Positions 15,385 to 28,956 of a stretch of DNA of 64,000 nucleotides are shown here, one piece after another. Position 1 is the stretch's first letter. Every line of letters starts with the position of its first letter. Below the pieces are notes generated by a model that had not been told where the DNA came from, did no database searches, and saw nothing but the letters and a program-made list of their open reading frames with translations. The position numbers were made by a program, and so were the translations under genes. The stretch comes from Octopus vulgaris (Eukaryota): the NCBI GenBank assembly GCA_951406725.2, contig OX597829.1, positions 1,922,001 through 1,986,000 on the forward strand, given 5' to 3'.

Positions 15385-16600
15385 GGTTGTTGTGTAGCCC
15401 AATGTGTTTTGCTATAATCAAAGGCATTCCAATCGTGACCATCTCACCTTTTATTCGGACACACTAATTACTGGAGTACATACTTTGATTGCTATAACGT
15501 AATAGTCCCTGTTGTCTTAATTAACCAGTCCAATGTCAACCAGCACTGATCAAATAGACCAGTTATTAAAGACAATCCAACCACGGCTATCCTGCACTAT
15601 TTATACTCTCTTTACTCTTTTACTTGTTTCAGTCATTTGACTGCGGCCATGCTGGAGCACTGCCTTTAGTCGAGCATATCGACCCCAGGACTTACTCTTT
15701 GTAAGCCTAGTACTTATTCTATCGGTCTCTTTTGCCAAACCACTAAGTGACAGGGACATAAACACACCAGCATCGGTTGTCAAGCGATGTTGGGGGGGCA
15801 AAGACAGACACACAAACATATACACACACACATACATATACATATATTTATATATACATATATACGACGGGCTTCTTTCAGTTTCTGTCTACCAAATCCA
15901 CTCACGAGGCTTTGGTCGGCCTGAGGCTATAGTAGAAGACACTTACCCAAGGTGCCATGCAGTGGGACTGAACCTGGAACCATTTGGTTGGTAAGCAAGC
16001 TACTTACCACACAGCCATCTAACTTATAGCATAAAGTTTTGTTGCATTTCTTTTTCGTAGTGTTTGTATAGCCCTAGGTCAAGCTTCTTTGAATAGTTCT
16101 ACGATCAAAGGCCATGGCCATCTTAATTTTTATTCAGACACTTTATAACTAACAACACAACCTGACATAGCATACACCGTTGTTGTTATTGTTGTTGTCA
16201 TTTAACCCCTGGTCAGTCCTGTTCCAGGCAGACCCATGATCAAAGGTGTTCCAACTGTAACCATCCCATCTTTTATTTGGATGTAGTATATCTAACAGTA
16301 AATTATTTAATGTTTAGTACAGTAGTTAGTATTAGTGGCTATAGTTGTCGTTTAACCACAAGTTAGTCCTGATCCAGACAGACCATGATCAAATGCCTTC
16401 CAGGTTTTTGAAAAAACCCTTCAAATATTCAAAAATAGTGTATCTAGGGATACATAATCAAATGTATTGCAAAATGACTAATATTAGTATCTATAATCAC
16501 TGCTCATTATCCTCCAGGCCAACAATGTTTAAGCAAACATATCATCAAAACATTCCAGTCATGACCAACACAACTTTGCTTCAGGTCAATATTGTCCAAC
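15385..16600 (+). repeat. Second cluster of the same old repeat, interrupted by a SINE A
   Basis: Copies near 15390, 15520, 16065, 16195, 16345, 16510. Confidence 0.7.
15604..16017 (-). mobile_element. SINE family A, full length
   Basis: Head, body and tail match family consensus. Confidence 0.92.
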
Positions 16601-16611
16601 ATGTCCTTCTT

Positions 16612-16808
16612 TTAAACCTTTTGATAACAACCTGACTGAGGTTCTATGTTTTAAAATTATCTAAATTAAAACCTGTTTCCATGGAAATCCATGTTAATTT
16701 TATTTTCCAAACACCAGATGAAAAATTCAGCAACTAAATTCTTCATTATTTTCAAAATTAATGGTAACAAAAATAGTATATCTCCATATATGGTAACAAA
16801 AGGGTTAA
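16612..16808. mobile_element. piggyBac-like MITE (extra right-end copies at ~16955 and ~17717)
   Basis: TTAA-accttttgataaca ... tggtaacaaaaggg-TTAA imperfect TIRs with TTAA flanks. Confidence 0.55.
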
Positions 16809-16956
16809 AGTAATCTAATTAAAAACCTTACATGAAATTCTGTGAAATAAATACAAGATGAATAATGAACCAGTTATTTTGACAAAATTCTCCATTAATT
16901 TCAAAGTTAATTGAAAAATTACTATTTCAACAGAAATATGGTAATAAAAGTGTTAA

Positions 16957-17322
16957 ACCAACCACATGGTTCTGGGTTCAGTCCCATTGCATGTCACCTT
17001 GGGCAAGTGCCTTCTACCACAGCCTCGGGCTGACCAAAGCCTTGTGAGTGGATTTGGTAGATGGAAACTGAAAGAAGCCCATCGAATATATGTATATATA
17101 TATATATATGTTTGTGCATCTGTGTTTGTCTCCCCCACCCCAACATCGCTTGACAACTGATGCTGGTGTGTTTACGTCCCCGTAACTTAGCAGTTTGGCA
17201 AAAGAGACTGATAGAATAAGTAGTAGGCTTACAAAGAATAAGTCCTGGTGTCGATTTGCTTGACTAAAGGTGGTGCTCCAGCATGGTCACAGTCAAATGC
17301 CTGAAAGAAGTAAAAGAATAAA
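16957..17322 (+). mobile_element. SINE family A
   Basis: B-box, CORE-like segment and tail present. Confidence 0.9.
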
Positions 17323-17391
17323 GTGCTCGAATTAAAAACCTTACATCAAAATTTCATGATAGCAAATTAATAATAAGCAAGTAATTTTTAA

Positions 17392-17665
17392 TGTGGCTGA
17401 TGCCAGCGCCGCCTTGACTGGCTTCCATGCCAGTGGCATGTAAAAAGCACCAACCGATCATGGCCGTTGCCAGCTTCACCTGGCACGTAAAAGCACCCAC
17501 TACACTCTTGGAGTGGTTGGCATTAGGAAGGGCATCCAGCTGTAGAAACACTGCCAGATCAGACTGGAGCCTGGTGCAGCCTCCTGGCCTCCCAGACCCC
17601 GGTCGAACCATCCAACCCATGCTAGCATGGAAAGCGGACGTTAAACGATGATGATGATGATGATG
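17392..17665 (+). mobile_element. Family C element
   Basis: Matches family C, ends in (GAT)n. Confidence 0.88.
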
Positions 17666-18059
17666 ACAATGATTATTTTCAAGAGTTTCAACCGAAATAT
17701 GGTAATAAAAAGGTTAAGATGGTAGAAATTTCTAGTAAATTGAGTGAACGGATAGATTCTTACTTGCTAATTCCTTGGAAGTTAACTGGTCACCATAGTT
17801 ACAGACAAAGTGTAAATAAATACATATTAAATTATACTTTGAAATAAATCAGTAAAATTAAACCTCCTTTTTCTATTTGATTTGTTTATTTATTTATTTT
17901 TTCTTATGTGGGGGGGGAATGAGTGTTAAGCCATAAATTAGCAAGGATAGCAGAGTATTTCTTTACAGAAATATGTGTATGTTTACACACACACACACAA
18001 ACACACATACACATATATGCATTCATACATTTATATATATATTTGTGTATATGTATAAC

Positions 18060-18096
<37 letters not shown>

Positions 18097-18244
18097 TTAT
18101 ATATATAGGTATATAAATATATATATATATATATGTATATATGTATATATTTATGTATGTGTATATATATGTATGTATATATATCTGTATATGTTGATGT
18201 GTGTGTGTGTGTGGTTATGCATGCATATACACATGTAAGAAAAA

Positions 18245-18476
18245 AGGCAGCGAGCTGGCAGAATAGTTAGCACGCTGGGCGAAATGCGTAACCGTATTTC
18301 GTCTGTCGTTACGTTCCGAGTTCAAATTCCGCCAAGGTCGACTTTGCCTTTCATCCTTTTGTGTCGATAAATAAAGTACCAGTTTCGCACTGGGGTCGAT
18401 GTAATCGACTTAATCCCTTTGTTTGCCCCTTGTTTGTCTGCTCTGTGTTTAGTCCCTTGTGGGTAGTAAAGAAATA
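18245..18476 (+). mobile_element. SINE family B, full length with TSD
   Basis: A-box-like TGGCAGAATAG, B-box GTTCAAATTCC; flanking direct repeat atatacacatgtaaga. Confidence 0.93.
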
Positions 18477-18729
18477 TATACACATGTAAGATGGTTTGAT
18501 AGGTGCTGGCAGGTCAGAGGACTCTGCTAACTTCCATTGTCTGCTTTGGCATGGTCTCTATATTTGGACTCTTCCGAGCACCTCAGCATTGCCACAGTCT
18601 AATGCCTGAAACAACTAAAAGATGAAAGATGAAGATAACATATATATACATATACATGTGTGTGTGTGTGTGTGTAACAAACACATACATATATTAAATA
18701 TATTTTACAAAAAATACATGATACCATCA

Positions 18730-18983
18730 CATGTGCCAGTGGCACGTAAAAAGCACCAACTGATTGTGGCCGCTGCCAGCCTCCCCTGGCACCTGTGCCG
18801 GTGGCACGTGAAAAAGTATCCACTTCACTCACCGAGTGGTTGGCATTAGGAAGGGCATCCAGCTGTAGAAACACTGCCAGATCAGACTGGAGCCTGGTGC
18901 AGCCTCCTGGCTTCCCAGACCCCAGGTCGAACCATCCAACCCATGCTAGCATGGAAAACGGCCGTTAAACGATGATGATGATG
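18730..18983 (+). mobile_element. Family C element
   Basis: Near identical to 17430-17665. Confidence 0.88.
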
Positions 18984-19213
18984 AAGAATTATTAATTAAA
19001 CAGATGTTTAAAAAAAACAAAATAAAACAGTTTTATATGAACCATTTGAAAGGAAATTCTTGTACCCTGTGTAAAGTCTATTTCAAACAAATAGGTTATG
19101 GAGTAATCCTCTTAGACTATGTTGCTTTGGAAATGGTGCTAACTACTTCTGCATTAGTTTTGGTTTTAGAAATTTTATAAAGTATTTTTTTTTCCAATTA
19201 TAGTTGATTGTTT

Positions 19214-19625
19214 GGATCTTTTCGGTTTGAACGGCAGTTTTTAACATAGTTTCTAGGTAACTAAAACATTTTAAACTTCATATACTGGTAGAATGAGTTT
19301 ATAAAACATCTTTTTCTCTTGGTTTTATTGAGAAAATTCTATTGTTTGTAAGGTATTTGTTGTTTATTTTTCTTCAATTTCTGCAATTTCAACCAATCAA
19401 TGACGTGTATTGAGGTAAAAAACATTCAGTGCCGTATGAATATATCCCTCGTTTAAGAAACAGATTGGGTTTATTTACCTTTGTGAAGAAAAAAAGATAC
19501 CCTTCCCCCCACCCCTAACCCTAAAACAGATTGAAATGCAATAGATCGATACTAGGGTCATAATTATGGGTGACAATTTCATATGACACCACTAGAAAAA
19601 ACTGCCGTTCAAACCGAAAAGATCC
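19214..19625. mobile_element. MITE family D (MULE/hAT-like), ~410-440 bp
   Basis: TIR ggatcttttcggtttgaacggcagttttt at both ends; flanks gattgttt/gattattt. Confidence 0.9.
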
Positions 19626-20989
19626 GATTATTTTCTTCCTTTATTTAAAAAATAAAACAGGGTGGTTTTTAAAAAATTTTCCATTTGTGTACATGCTTAG
19701 ATATTCACTACATGGATTATCTTTGATTTGTTGTTTATGTATCCTGACCCAATCTATTAATTTTGGTCCTGTTTGGTGCATACACTGTAATTCTTGTTAC
19801 ATTGTGGACACATGACACCTCAGTAAATGAGATTTATTGTTTTGCTATCCATGTTGGCATCATCTCTCAGTTCTTTCCCATTCTTGAATCTTTTGCTTGT
19901 AAGCAAAAGACACTTGCCCAAGGTGCCACACAGAAGCACTAAACACAAAACCACGTGGTAGCAAAGTGAGCTTCTTAATTACACAGCCACGCCCGCACCT
20001 AACTGCCAACTAATTTCCCTCACAAATAATTAGTCAATACAAAGCTGATGACACTCAATAGGACCGAACCTGAGACCAGGTTGTTGTGAAGTGAACTTCA
20101 TAAACCATACCAGCTTACTTTTCTACTGTTCAACCAAACTACACACACGCACATATTTTCTTATACAGCTTTTTTGTGTACATACAAGCACTCACTCTCT
20201 GTCTGCCTCTCTCACAACATACACACATATATGCACACACGCAAATGCACAAAAACACACACAAAAAACATACACATACACACACACATAATTTTTTACG
20301 TTCTGATTTCAAATACCGCCCAGGTAGTATTTACAATTTCCTCTTTTCAATCTCCGCAAAAACTAACCCGCAAAACTGAAATTAATGCTGTAGGTCGTCG
20401 CATGATTGACAAAATCCCTTATAGTTAGTCGGTGCCCCAGCTTGACCGTAATCAAATACTTCAAAAATCACGAAAAGAACAAGAAGAAACAAAATATTTC
20501 ATAGTTCCTCTTTTGTTCATGTTTTTTTTTTCTTCTTCTGTATCTATCTTTTCAATTTTCAAAAAATGCTTCCCTGTCCTGGCATTTAAACTTCATCGGT
20601 AAACAATTATATTCGATCGGGTGTGTTCTAATTTCTGTAACCATGTTCAAATTCTTTGACAATATCTTGCAAGGCTCATATGACTGACAAATGGTACAAA
20701 ACTTTGGCCTTATTAAAGGAAAGTTAGCGTGGTTAAACTACTTCCTAGTTGCTTGTGTAATGCAGAAATAAATTGTCCGGGTAAAAGGGTAAACGTAGTT
20801 GTCATTTTATATATGTTGCTATGGTTGTTATTGGTGTTGTTGCTTTACAAATCAGCGATGGAGGTTACCTGCGATAGCTCGAATTGCTAGAAATAACAGC
20901 CAAATTTCCCACCGCAATCACCAAATCGCTCGTACACTATTATTTTACCACAGGAATGGTACAATGGAATTATGGATAGCCTGTATGAT

Positions 20990-21338
20990 GCCCTTGGGTA
21001 GGTGTCTTCTACTATAGCTTGGTGCTGATCAAAGTCTTGTGAGTGGATTCTGTAGACGGAAACTGAAAGAAGCGCGTCCTATATGTCTGTGGGTGTGTAG
21101 GTGTGTGTGTGTTTGTGTGTGTGTGTGTGTCTTTCTGTCTGTATTTGTCCCCCTCTCCATCACCGCTTGACAACGAGTATTGGAGTGATTACGTCCCAGT
21201 ACTTAGCGGTTCGGCAAAAGAAACAGATAGAATAAGTACTAGGCTTTAAAAATAAGTCCTAGCGGTCGAATTGCTCCAGGCGATGCTCCAGCATGACCGC
21301 AGTCAAACGACTGAAACAAGTAAAAGAATAAAAGCAAA
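20990..21338 (+). mobile_element. SINE family A, diverged
   Basis: Body and tail align to family A. Confidence 0.8.
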
Positions 21339-21370
21339 GAATGCGGATGTATGTACAGATATATGAATGT

Positions 21371-21604
21371 AAGGCGGTGGAGCTGGCAGAGTGGTTAGCA
21401 CGCCGGGCGAAATGCTTAGTGATATTTCGTCTGGTTTTACGTTCGGAGTTCAAATTCCGCCGAGATCGACTTTGCCTTTCATCCTTTCGGGGTCGATTAA
21501 ATAGATACCAGTTACGCACTGGGGTCGATCTAATCGACTTAATCCGTTTGTCTGTCCTTGTTAGTCCCCTCTATGTTTAGCCCCTTGTGGGTAGTAAAGA
21601 AATG
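21371..21604 (+). mobile_element. SINE family B, full length
   Basis: A-box TGGCAGAGTGG, B-box; TSD atatgaatgta. Confidence 0.92.
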
Positions 21605-22007
21605 ATATGAATGTATATGCGTGTGCATAGGCATACATGTGTGTGTGTGTGTATGATTTTGATCATTATGGTTGTTCTATTCATAATTAATCTTGTAGCA
21701 GCTAATGGTGTTACACTTTGAGATAAGCTTTAATTTGTTCCACTCTACTGCGAATTGTTCGAACAATCGTTGATTGAATATCAGGAGCCCTTCGAATATT
21801 TACTCTTCACTGCCAATTGTCTAATCTCCATAACACTTCAAATTATGCTTCTTGCGTTAATTTTTTTCATTTTCCTTTCTTCGTTTTATTATATTTCATT
21901 TTATTTTATTTTTGTGGCCACAGATATCAGATGTGCAAACTCGGCGTTTAGCCGCATTTAAAACACGAAAAATTTTTAAAAAATTAAATCAAGGATTAAA
22001 TAAATAC

Positions 22008-22170
22008 CTATTTCTTTGCTACCCACAAGGGGCTAAACACAGAGAGGACAAACAAGGACAGACAAATGGATTAAGTCGATTATATCGACCCCAGTGCGTA
22101 TCTGGTACTTATTTAATCGATCCCGAAAGGATGAGAGGCAAAGTCGACCTCGTCAGAATTTGAACTCAGA
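22008..22170 (-). mobile_element. SINE family B, 3' part
   Basis: Reverse complement of family B. Confidence 0.88.
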
Positions 22171-22490
22171 ACCTGGGTTCTCATTCCTAAGGTATTTTTC
22201 ATAGTTGTTGTTGTTGTTGTTGTTGTTGTTATTCAGGTCACTGCCTGGAATCGAACTTGGAATTTTAACCAGTACGCGGAACACCACTGGAAAAGCCGAA
22301 AAGTAAAATAAGCAGCACATACGCTAGGACACAACCTCCTGAGCAGACAGAGTGCTGATAGGAACAACACATGCGAACCGGTAGTAAGAAACGATAGGAG
22401 AATATTAGATTTATAAGCCCAAAATTTCACTCCATAATTGCCCATGGGCATATGGTGTAGTAGTTAAGAGCGCGAGCTACTAACCCCAAG

Positions 22491-22542
<52 letters not shown>

Positions 22543-22690
22543 CATCGAAAAATACCTTAGGAATGAGAACCCAGGTTCGAAATTTCCCCCAAAACACCTG
22601 ATGAAGGCTGGAGGGTATATCGGCTGAAATGTTGTGTTAAAAACAAACAAGATGAGGACAAATATCTGTCAATTGTAAATAATGTAAATC
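22170..22690. mobile_element. Divergent pair of tRNA-headed elements; plus-strand copy carries a hammerhead-like tail
   Basis: Inverted repeat aacctgggttctcattcctaaggtatttttc / gaaaaataccttaggaatgagaacccaggtt; A-box-like on both copies, B-box GTTCGATTCC on minus copy. Confidence 0.65.
22593..22638 (+). ncRNA. Minimal type I hammerhead-like motif
   Basis: aacac-CTGATGA-a-ggctg(10 nt)cggct-GAAA-tg-TT-gtgtt. Confidence 0.6.
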
Positions 22691-22774
22691 TCAGTTTAAT
22701 GCAGACTTATTTTTGATATTTTTTTCTTGTTGTCTTGCATCCACGTCTGCCCTGATTCGACAAACTTTTTCGGT

Positions 22775-23470
22775 TATCTTTCGAATTATGAACATATAAT
22801 GGCAGACCGCCAAATAAAACAAATTGAAATGAAGATCAATGGATCGGTGAATAAGAAAATCGTACGCTCGTTAATAATCGACAATAATCGGTAATAATCG
22901 GCAATAATCGGAAATAATCGGCTATAATTGGCAATCATATTCAATGGCTAAATCTCAATAAAAGGTAACTAAATTTCTTTTACTTTCACAGCATTCAGTG
23001 AATAGATCCGATGATGTTATGCCACATACGAACAGAGGAGCACAAGAGCAGAAATATGGAGTTTCATAGAAAGTAAATATAGTACCATGCATGGAATCTC
23101 TTCAAACATTCTCTTTAGAAATTATCAGCTGTTTACCTGGCACCATTTCCACACAAAATGTTAACGTATTCACATCATTTATCAAATACATTAGACATTA
23201 ACTACCCTACGTAATTATTATGGTACAGTTTAAGAATTTTCAAAAGATACTAGAAGAATAATAATTAATAAAATAAATCGAACACGTTTTAAAGAAAATC
23301 GGATTTTACAATTACCGTTTTCTTACATCGTCTCCATTGTAGTTTCGTTTTATTGCCGATTACGAACGATAATTAACGATTATGATTATCTTTCACTTTG
23401 ATTTATTAGTCTTCCTTTCAGTATATTTTAATTCGTGGTCAGCCATTATATGTTCACAAATCGAAAGATA
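22775..23470. mobile_element. TIR element (MITE-like) with 10-bp subterminal repeats
   Basis: ~34-bp imperfect TIRs tatctttcga..tgaacatataatggc.gacc; (aataatcggc)-like tandem at 22873-22935. Confidence 0.75.
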
Positions 23471-23792
23471 GTAGATCTTTGTTTCTACATCTTTATGTAT
23501 TCTTTTTTTTCAGGCTTGAGTCATTTGGACCGGTGCCTTGCTGAACGATGGACTCCGAGTCTTTTATAATTTATGACAACGATCGAAATTTTTACATCAC
23601 TCTGGTACATATCGATCGATAAGCTTAACGATTCACTAAGTTACCATTTTAAATGAAATCTGATTTTTATTGAATAGATAGTGTTGTGTCAAATACATAA
23701 GTGTATACATGGGGACAGATATATCCCTGCGTATGTATCTATATATATATGTATGTTTAAATATTGTGTTTGTGTGTGTATATATATATATA

Positions 23793-23975
23793 TAGGGAGA
23801 GTTTACGAAAACAACAAAAGACAAAGACAGGTGGTGTACAAAACAAACAGATGTATTATTAAAACGCTCAGGAATAGAAAAAGTCTTTTACGTTTCGAGC
23901 CTACGCTCTTCTACTGAAAGGGACACAGAAAAACAAGGAGAGAAAATATGTGTGTAGTGGCTAACGATCTATCAT
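23793..23975 (-). mobile_element. Short repeat family E (HHR-bearing, PLE-like)
   Basis: Reverse complement of 33570-33758. Confidence 0.8.
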
Positions 23976-24576
23976 ATATATATATATATATATATAATAT
24001 ATCTGTAAAATATTATTTTAGAGATAAATTCCTCTGTTTACATAATATCGAGGTCTCTTTTATTCTTTCGTTGTCTTACCATCACTATTAATATATATAA
24101 CCCCCAATAGTTTTGAAACTCTAAAATATTAATATATAACATATAACATGGCTATTATAGCTTATCTCTCATACCTTAACAAATGTTTTATTATTTGAAA
24201 TTTTCTGTAAAATTATTCTATGAAACAATATTAATTCGATGGATAAAAGTATACCTTATAAGTATAATTTAACTTTGATGAAAGGAAAAAAAATCCTCAC
24301 GTTGATATTGGTGTATATTTGTACGTATGTATATATATGTACATGTTACTTTTATTTGTTACCCATTAAAATCATTAAAATCACTTCTTACAGCTGATTT
24401 TAATAATTTATATAATGATTTTTTATAATTGGTATTCTTATCTTATATGTATTGAATTATAAGGTATATATGTATGCTAGTAAGGTTCTCATTTTTGTTA
24501 AATGAATAAATAAGTCAACATTCAAATATCCGAAATCTGATGAACAAACTAAATTGTTTCTCCATTTTCTTATTTG

Positions 24577-24638
<62 letters not shown>

Positions 24639-24849
24639 CCGTACGTGGAATGTTGGTGACTTTTCCTAAATTTTCTTTCTTTCCCTTTGGACTTAACCTG
24701 TTTCCGACAATGAGCTATGCTCGAAACGTTAACAACTCTCTCCCTTTACCGAGCGTCAATTAATTAATATATTTCTTGTGCACGTCGTCAGGTTCTTTTT
24801 TTTTCTTCTTTTTTCTGTGCTTTTAAATTATTTATTGGTTTGAATTGAC

Positions 24850-24947
<98 letters not shown>

Positions 24948-24967
24948 TGTATGTATGTATGTATGTA

Positions 24968-25189
24968 TCTTTTTACTTTTTTACTTGTTTCAGTCATTTG
25001 ACTGCGGCCATGCTGGAGCACCGCCTTTTAGTCAAGCAAATCGACCCCATGACTAATTTTTTGGAAGCCTAGTACTTATTCTATCGGTCTCTTTTGCCGA
25101 ACCGCTAAGTTACGGGGACGTAAACACACCAGCATCGGTGGTTAAGCGATGTTGGGGGGACAAACACAGACACACAAATATATACACAC

Positions 25190-25248
<59 letters not shown>

Positions 25249-25401
25249 CGTATATACGACGGGCTTCTTTCAGTTTCTGTCTACCAAATCCACTCACAAG
25301 GCTCTGGTCGGCCCCCGGCTACAGTAGAAGGCGCTTTCCCAAGGTGCCTGAACTCAGAACTGAACCCGTAAGCAAGCTACTTACCACACAGCCATTCCTA
25401 C

Positions 25402-25405
<4 letters not shown>
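24968..25405 (-). mobile_element. SINE family A
   Basis: Matches family A. Confidence 0.9.
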
Positions 25406-25448
<43 letters not shown>

Positions 25449-25689
25449 CAACACAACATATGTTTTTATGTGTTATCAGTTTTAAGTGATGAGAACATGC
25501 CAAGCATTGTTTTATAACATGTCACAATCACCAGGCAGCAACTCCAGCAATATCTGCGGCATCAACAACAGCGACCCTAGACCCGGAGTTAACGAAAGAA
25601 GCATTACCAGTGATAGCACATTTGGTGCACAGACACGAAGATATGTCGGTTCAACCGTGACTCCTTTTAACCAACGTCCGAACATCCAC

Positions 25690-25850
25690 AGGTTCGACCC
25701 CAGTACGCAAGTGGTACTTAATTTATTGAACCCTAAAAGATGAAAGGCAAAGTCGACCTTGGCGGAATTTGAACTCAAAACGTAAAGACAGACGAAACAC
25801 CACTAAGCATTTCGCCCAGCGTGCTAAAGTTTCTGCCAGCTCGCTGCCTT
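25690..25850 (-). mobile_element. SINE family B, 5' part
   Basis: Head and central domain match family B. Confidence 0.85.
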
Positions 25851-25997
25851 TGAAGCCAAAACGTTAAATATACTCCTTTTTTTTAGTAACCTATACAACT
25901 TCTAAGACTAAGTAGACTGTATGGTGAAGAAATTCGCTTCTCGGGGACTTGAATATTGTTTCAATCCAGCTATTATAGAAGATGCTTCAATAGAAGT

Positions 25998-26427
<430 letters not shown>

Positions 26428-26591
26428 CTTGTATTATAGATTGGGACTGATAGTAAAAAAAAAAAAATTTAACTTTGTTTAGCTCAGTTTATAAATAAAG
26501 ATAGAATCGAATCCTGTAATATAATCTCCTCCAGAAATTCGACACTTCATGGCGATCGAAAATAAAACCGATCGAAACAAGATGTAGATGC

Positions 26592-26650
<59 letters not shown>

Positions 26651-27814
26651 TGCACGCACACACACACACATAAAAGGAAGAAAAAACACGTGCGGTGCGC
26701 AAAAAACTTTTCATGTTTAGAAATGAAGTTAATATATTTGAATAATAATAATCTTGGTAACATCTCAGTTAAAATATTTAGTTTTAGTAAAAGGGTTAGG
26801 GTAAAGAATGACTGCTATATCTTATTATTGATAGTTCCAACAGGAAAAAAAATTCTAAATCGGCTCGCAAATTAAGTACATGGTAAATTTACCGCCTCCT
26901 ATAGTGCCTGACACAAGTTTAGAATCAATAACAATGGCAAAGATAGATTAAGAGTTAGCTTTCACTGATGGCTTTCTACAAGAATAATCTTCTCAAAAGT
27001 GACATAGTAATAGGATATGGAATCATTCTTAGGTGTTCCTTTCCTGAAATTTGATACAATTTGATACTCAGTTGTTGTCAAGATATCATATTACGTTTTC
27101 ATTTGGCAATAAATCCTCTCTCTGCGTGTGTAAGTGCGTGCATGCGTGTATATTGTGTGTAAGCGTGTATGTTTACGTGTATTTGTGAACGTGTGTTTAA
27201 AAAAGAAAAACAAAGCTTACACGCAGACGAACAGACAGAGAGAAATCTTACATTAGTGACAGTTTAATTACTAAACATGTAAGAGCTACTGTGAAACAAG
27301 AACGAACCAAGTGACAATTCTTGGATGTCGGATGTTTCAAGACAGCTTTACTCTACAGACAAAAGCAAAATTTCCGGATGTTTTTGCGTCGCCCAAATTC
27401 GGAGAAGACATAGGAATATAGGAATACAAATATATGTGTTGTTATTAAAGCGAGAGTAAGAAAAAAAAAATAGTGTAATTATGGAAACATTTGTTACAAT
27501 TGACAGGTTCCATCTAAAGCTGTTATTAAAACCCTAAACAATGCCCTCAGGTTGTAATTGAAACACCTTTAAATTTTGTGAGCAACTAATACTATTTCTG
27601 AACAGTTCCTACGCCATACCGTCAAAGATTACTATTTTGCAAGCTTTAATATCGAACTACACCATTCTTTATTTTTGCCTTTTTTGGGGGTTTTTTCTTT
27701 GCTTTTTTTTTTACTTTTATTTTATTTTTCCCTAATCTCTGTAACATCTAAACATATACATACACACACACTCTTTCATTTCCGCCTCTCTCTCTCTTTC
27801 TCTTCCTTTTTTAT

Positions 27815-27924
27815 GTTTGGTACTTACTCTATCAGTCTCTTTTGTCAAACCGCTGAGTTACAGGAACGTAAGCAAGCTAACATCGGTTGTCAATCGGCGG
27901 TGGGAGACTAACATACTAAAAAAC

Positions 27925-27979
<55 letters not shown>

Positions 27980-28097
27980 TTATATCTATACGCACAGGCG
28001 TAGTTGTGCGGTAAGAAGTTCGCTTCCATACCATATGGTTTTGAGTTCAGTCCCACTGCATGGCACCTTGAAAAAATGTCTTCTACCGCACCCTCGG
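27815..28097. mobile_element. Two SINE A fragments (minus 27815-27925, plus head 27992-28097)
   Basis: Diverged matches to family A. Confidence 0.7.
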
Positions 28098-28399
28098 GTA
28101 TTTACATATACATATACATACATACATGCATGCATACATACATACATACATACATACATACATACATACACACATACATACATACATACATACATACATA
28201 CATGCAGGCATGCATGCATGCATGCATGCATGCATACATGCATACATACATACATGCATGCATGCATGCATGCATACATGCATGCATGCATACATACATA
28301 CATACATACATACATACATACACACACGCATGCATACATACATACATGCATGCATACATACATACATACATGCATGCATGCATACATACATTCATACAC

Positions 28400-28690
28400 C
28401 AAACTACTACTTGTGGGAAAATATCGGCTCTGCTATACCAGTGTGGAAGATATCACCCATATCAGCAGCAACTGCCTCAAAATGTCTACGAAATACTACC
28501 TGCCCATGAGGCATAACAAGTTCCAAAGATTATTTACAATGCTATCCACAGGAAGGACTACCTTGATGTACACGTCAAAGACAATGCCAAAACCAACAGG
28601 TATTCATACCTTTAAAAACAAGAAATACTGGTGGAACACCTTAGTAAAAACATCAATTCGGTCAAACATAACAGACCTGTTATTGTTCTG
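28400..28690 (+). pseudogene. RLE-type LINE (R4/Dong-like) zinc-knuckle region fragment
   Basis: KYRLCYTSVEDITHISSNCLKMSTKYYLPMRHNK..KYWWN resembles the CCHC knuckle plus RHD motif preceding the RLE domain. Confidence 0.65.
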
Positions 28691-28713
28691 TGGGACAGGG
28701 AACAAAAGTCATG

Positions 28714-28904
28714 GGATCTTTTCGCTTTGACCGGCAGATTTTAAAAATATTTTCCATGTAACTAAACACTTTTAAACTTCGTATACTGGTAGAATGTGTT
28801 TATAAAACATCTTTTTCTCTTGGCTTTCTTGAGAAAATTCTGTAGTTTGTAAGATATTTGTAAGATACTTTCTTCAATTTCGGCAATTTCAACCAATCAA
28901 TGAC

Positions 28905-28906
<2 letters not shown>
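28714..28906 (+). mobile_element. MITE family D, truncated
   Basis: Left TIR and half of the body, ends in (TA)n. Confidence 0.85.

Positions 28907-28951
<45 letters not shown>

Positions 28952-28956
<5 letters not shown>

Noticed and set aside
22446-22492. Functional tRNA gene (also SINE A/B heads)
   Set aside because: Incomplete cloverleaf; fused to repeat bodies
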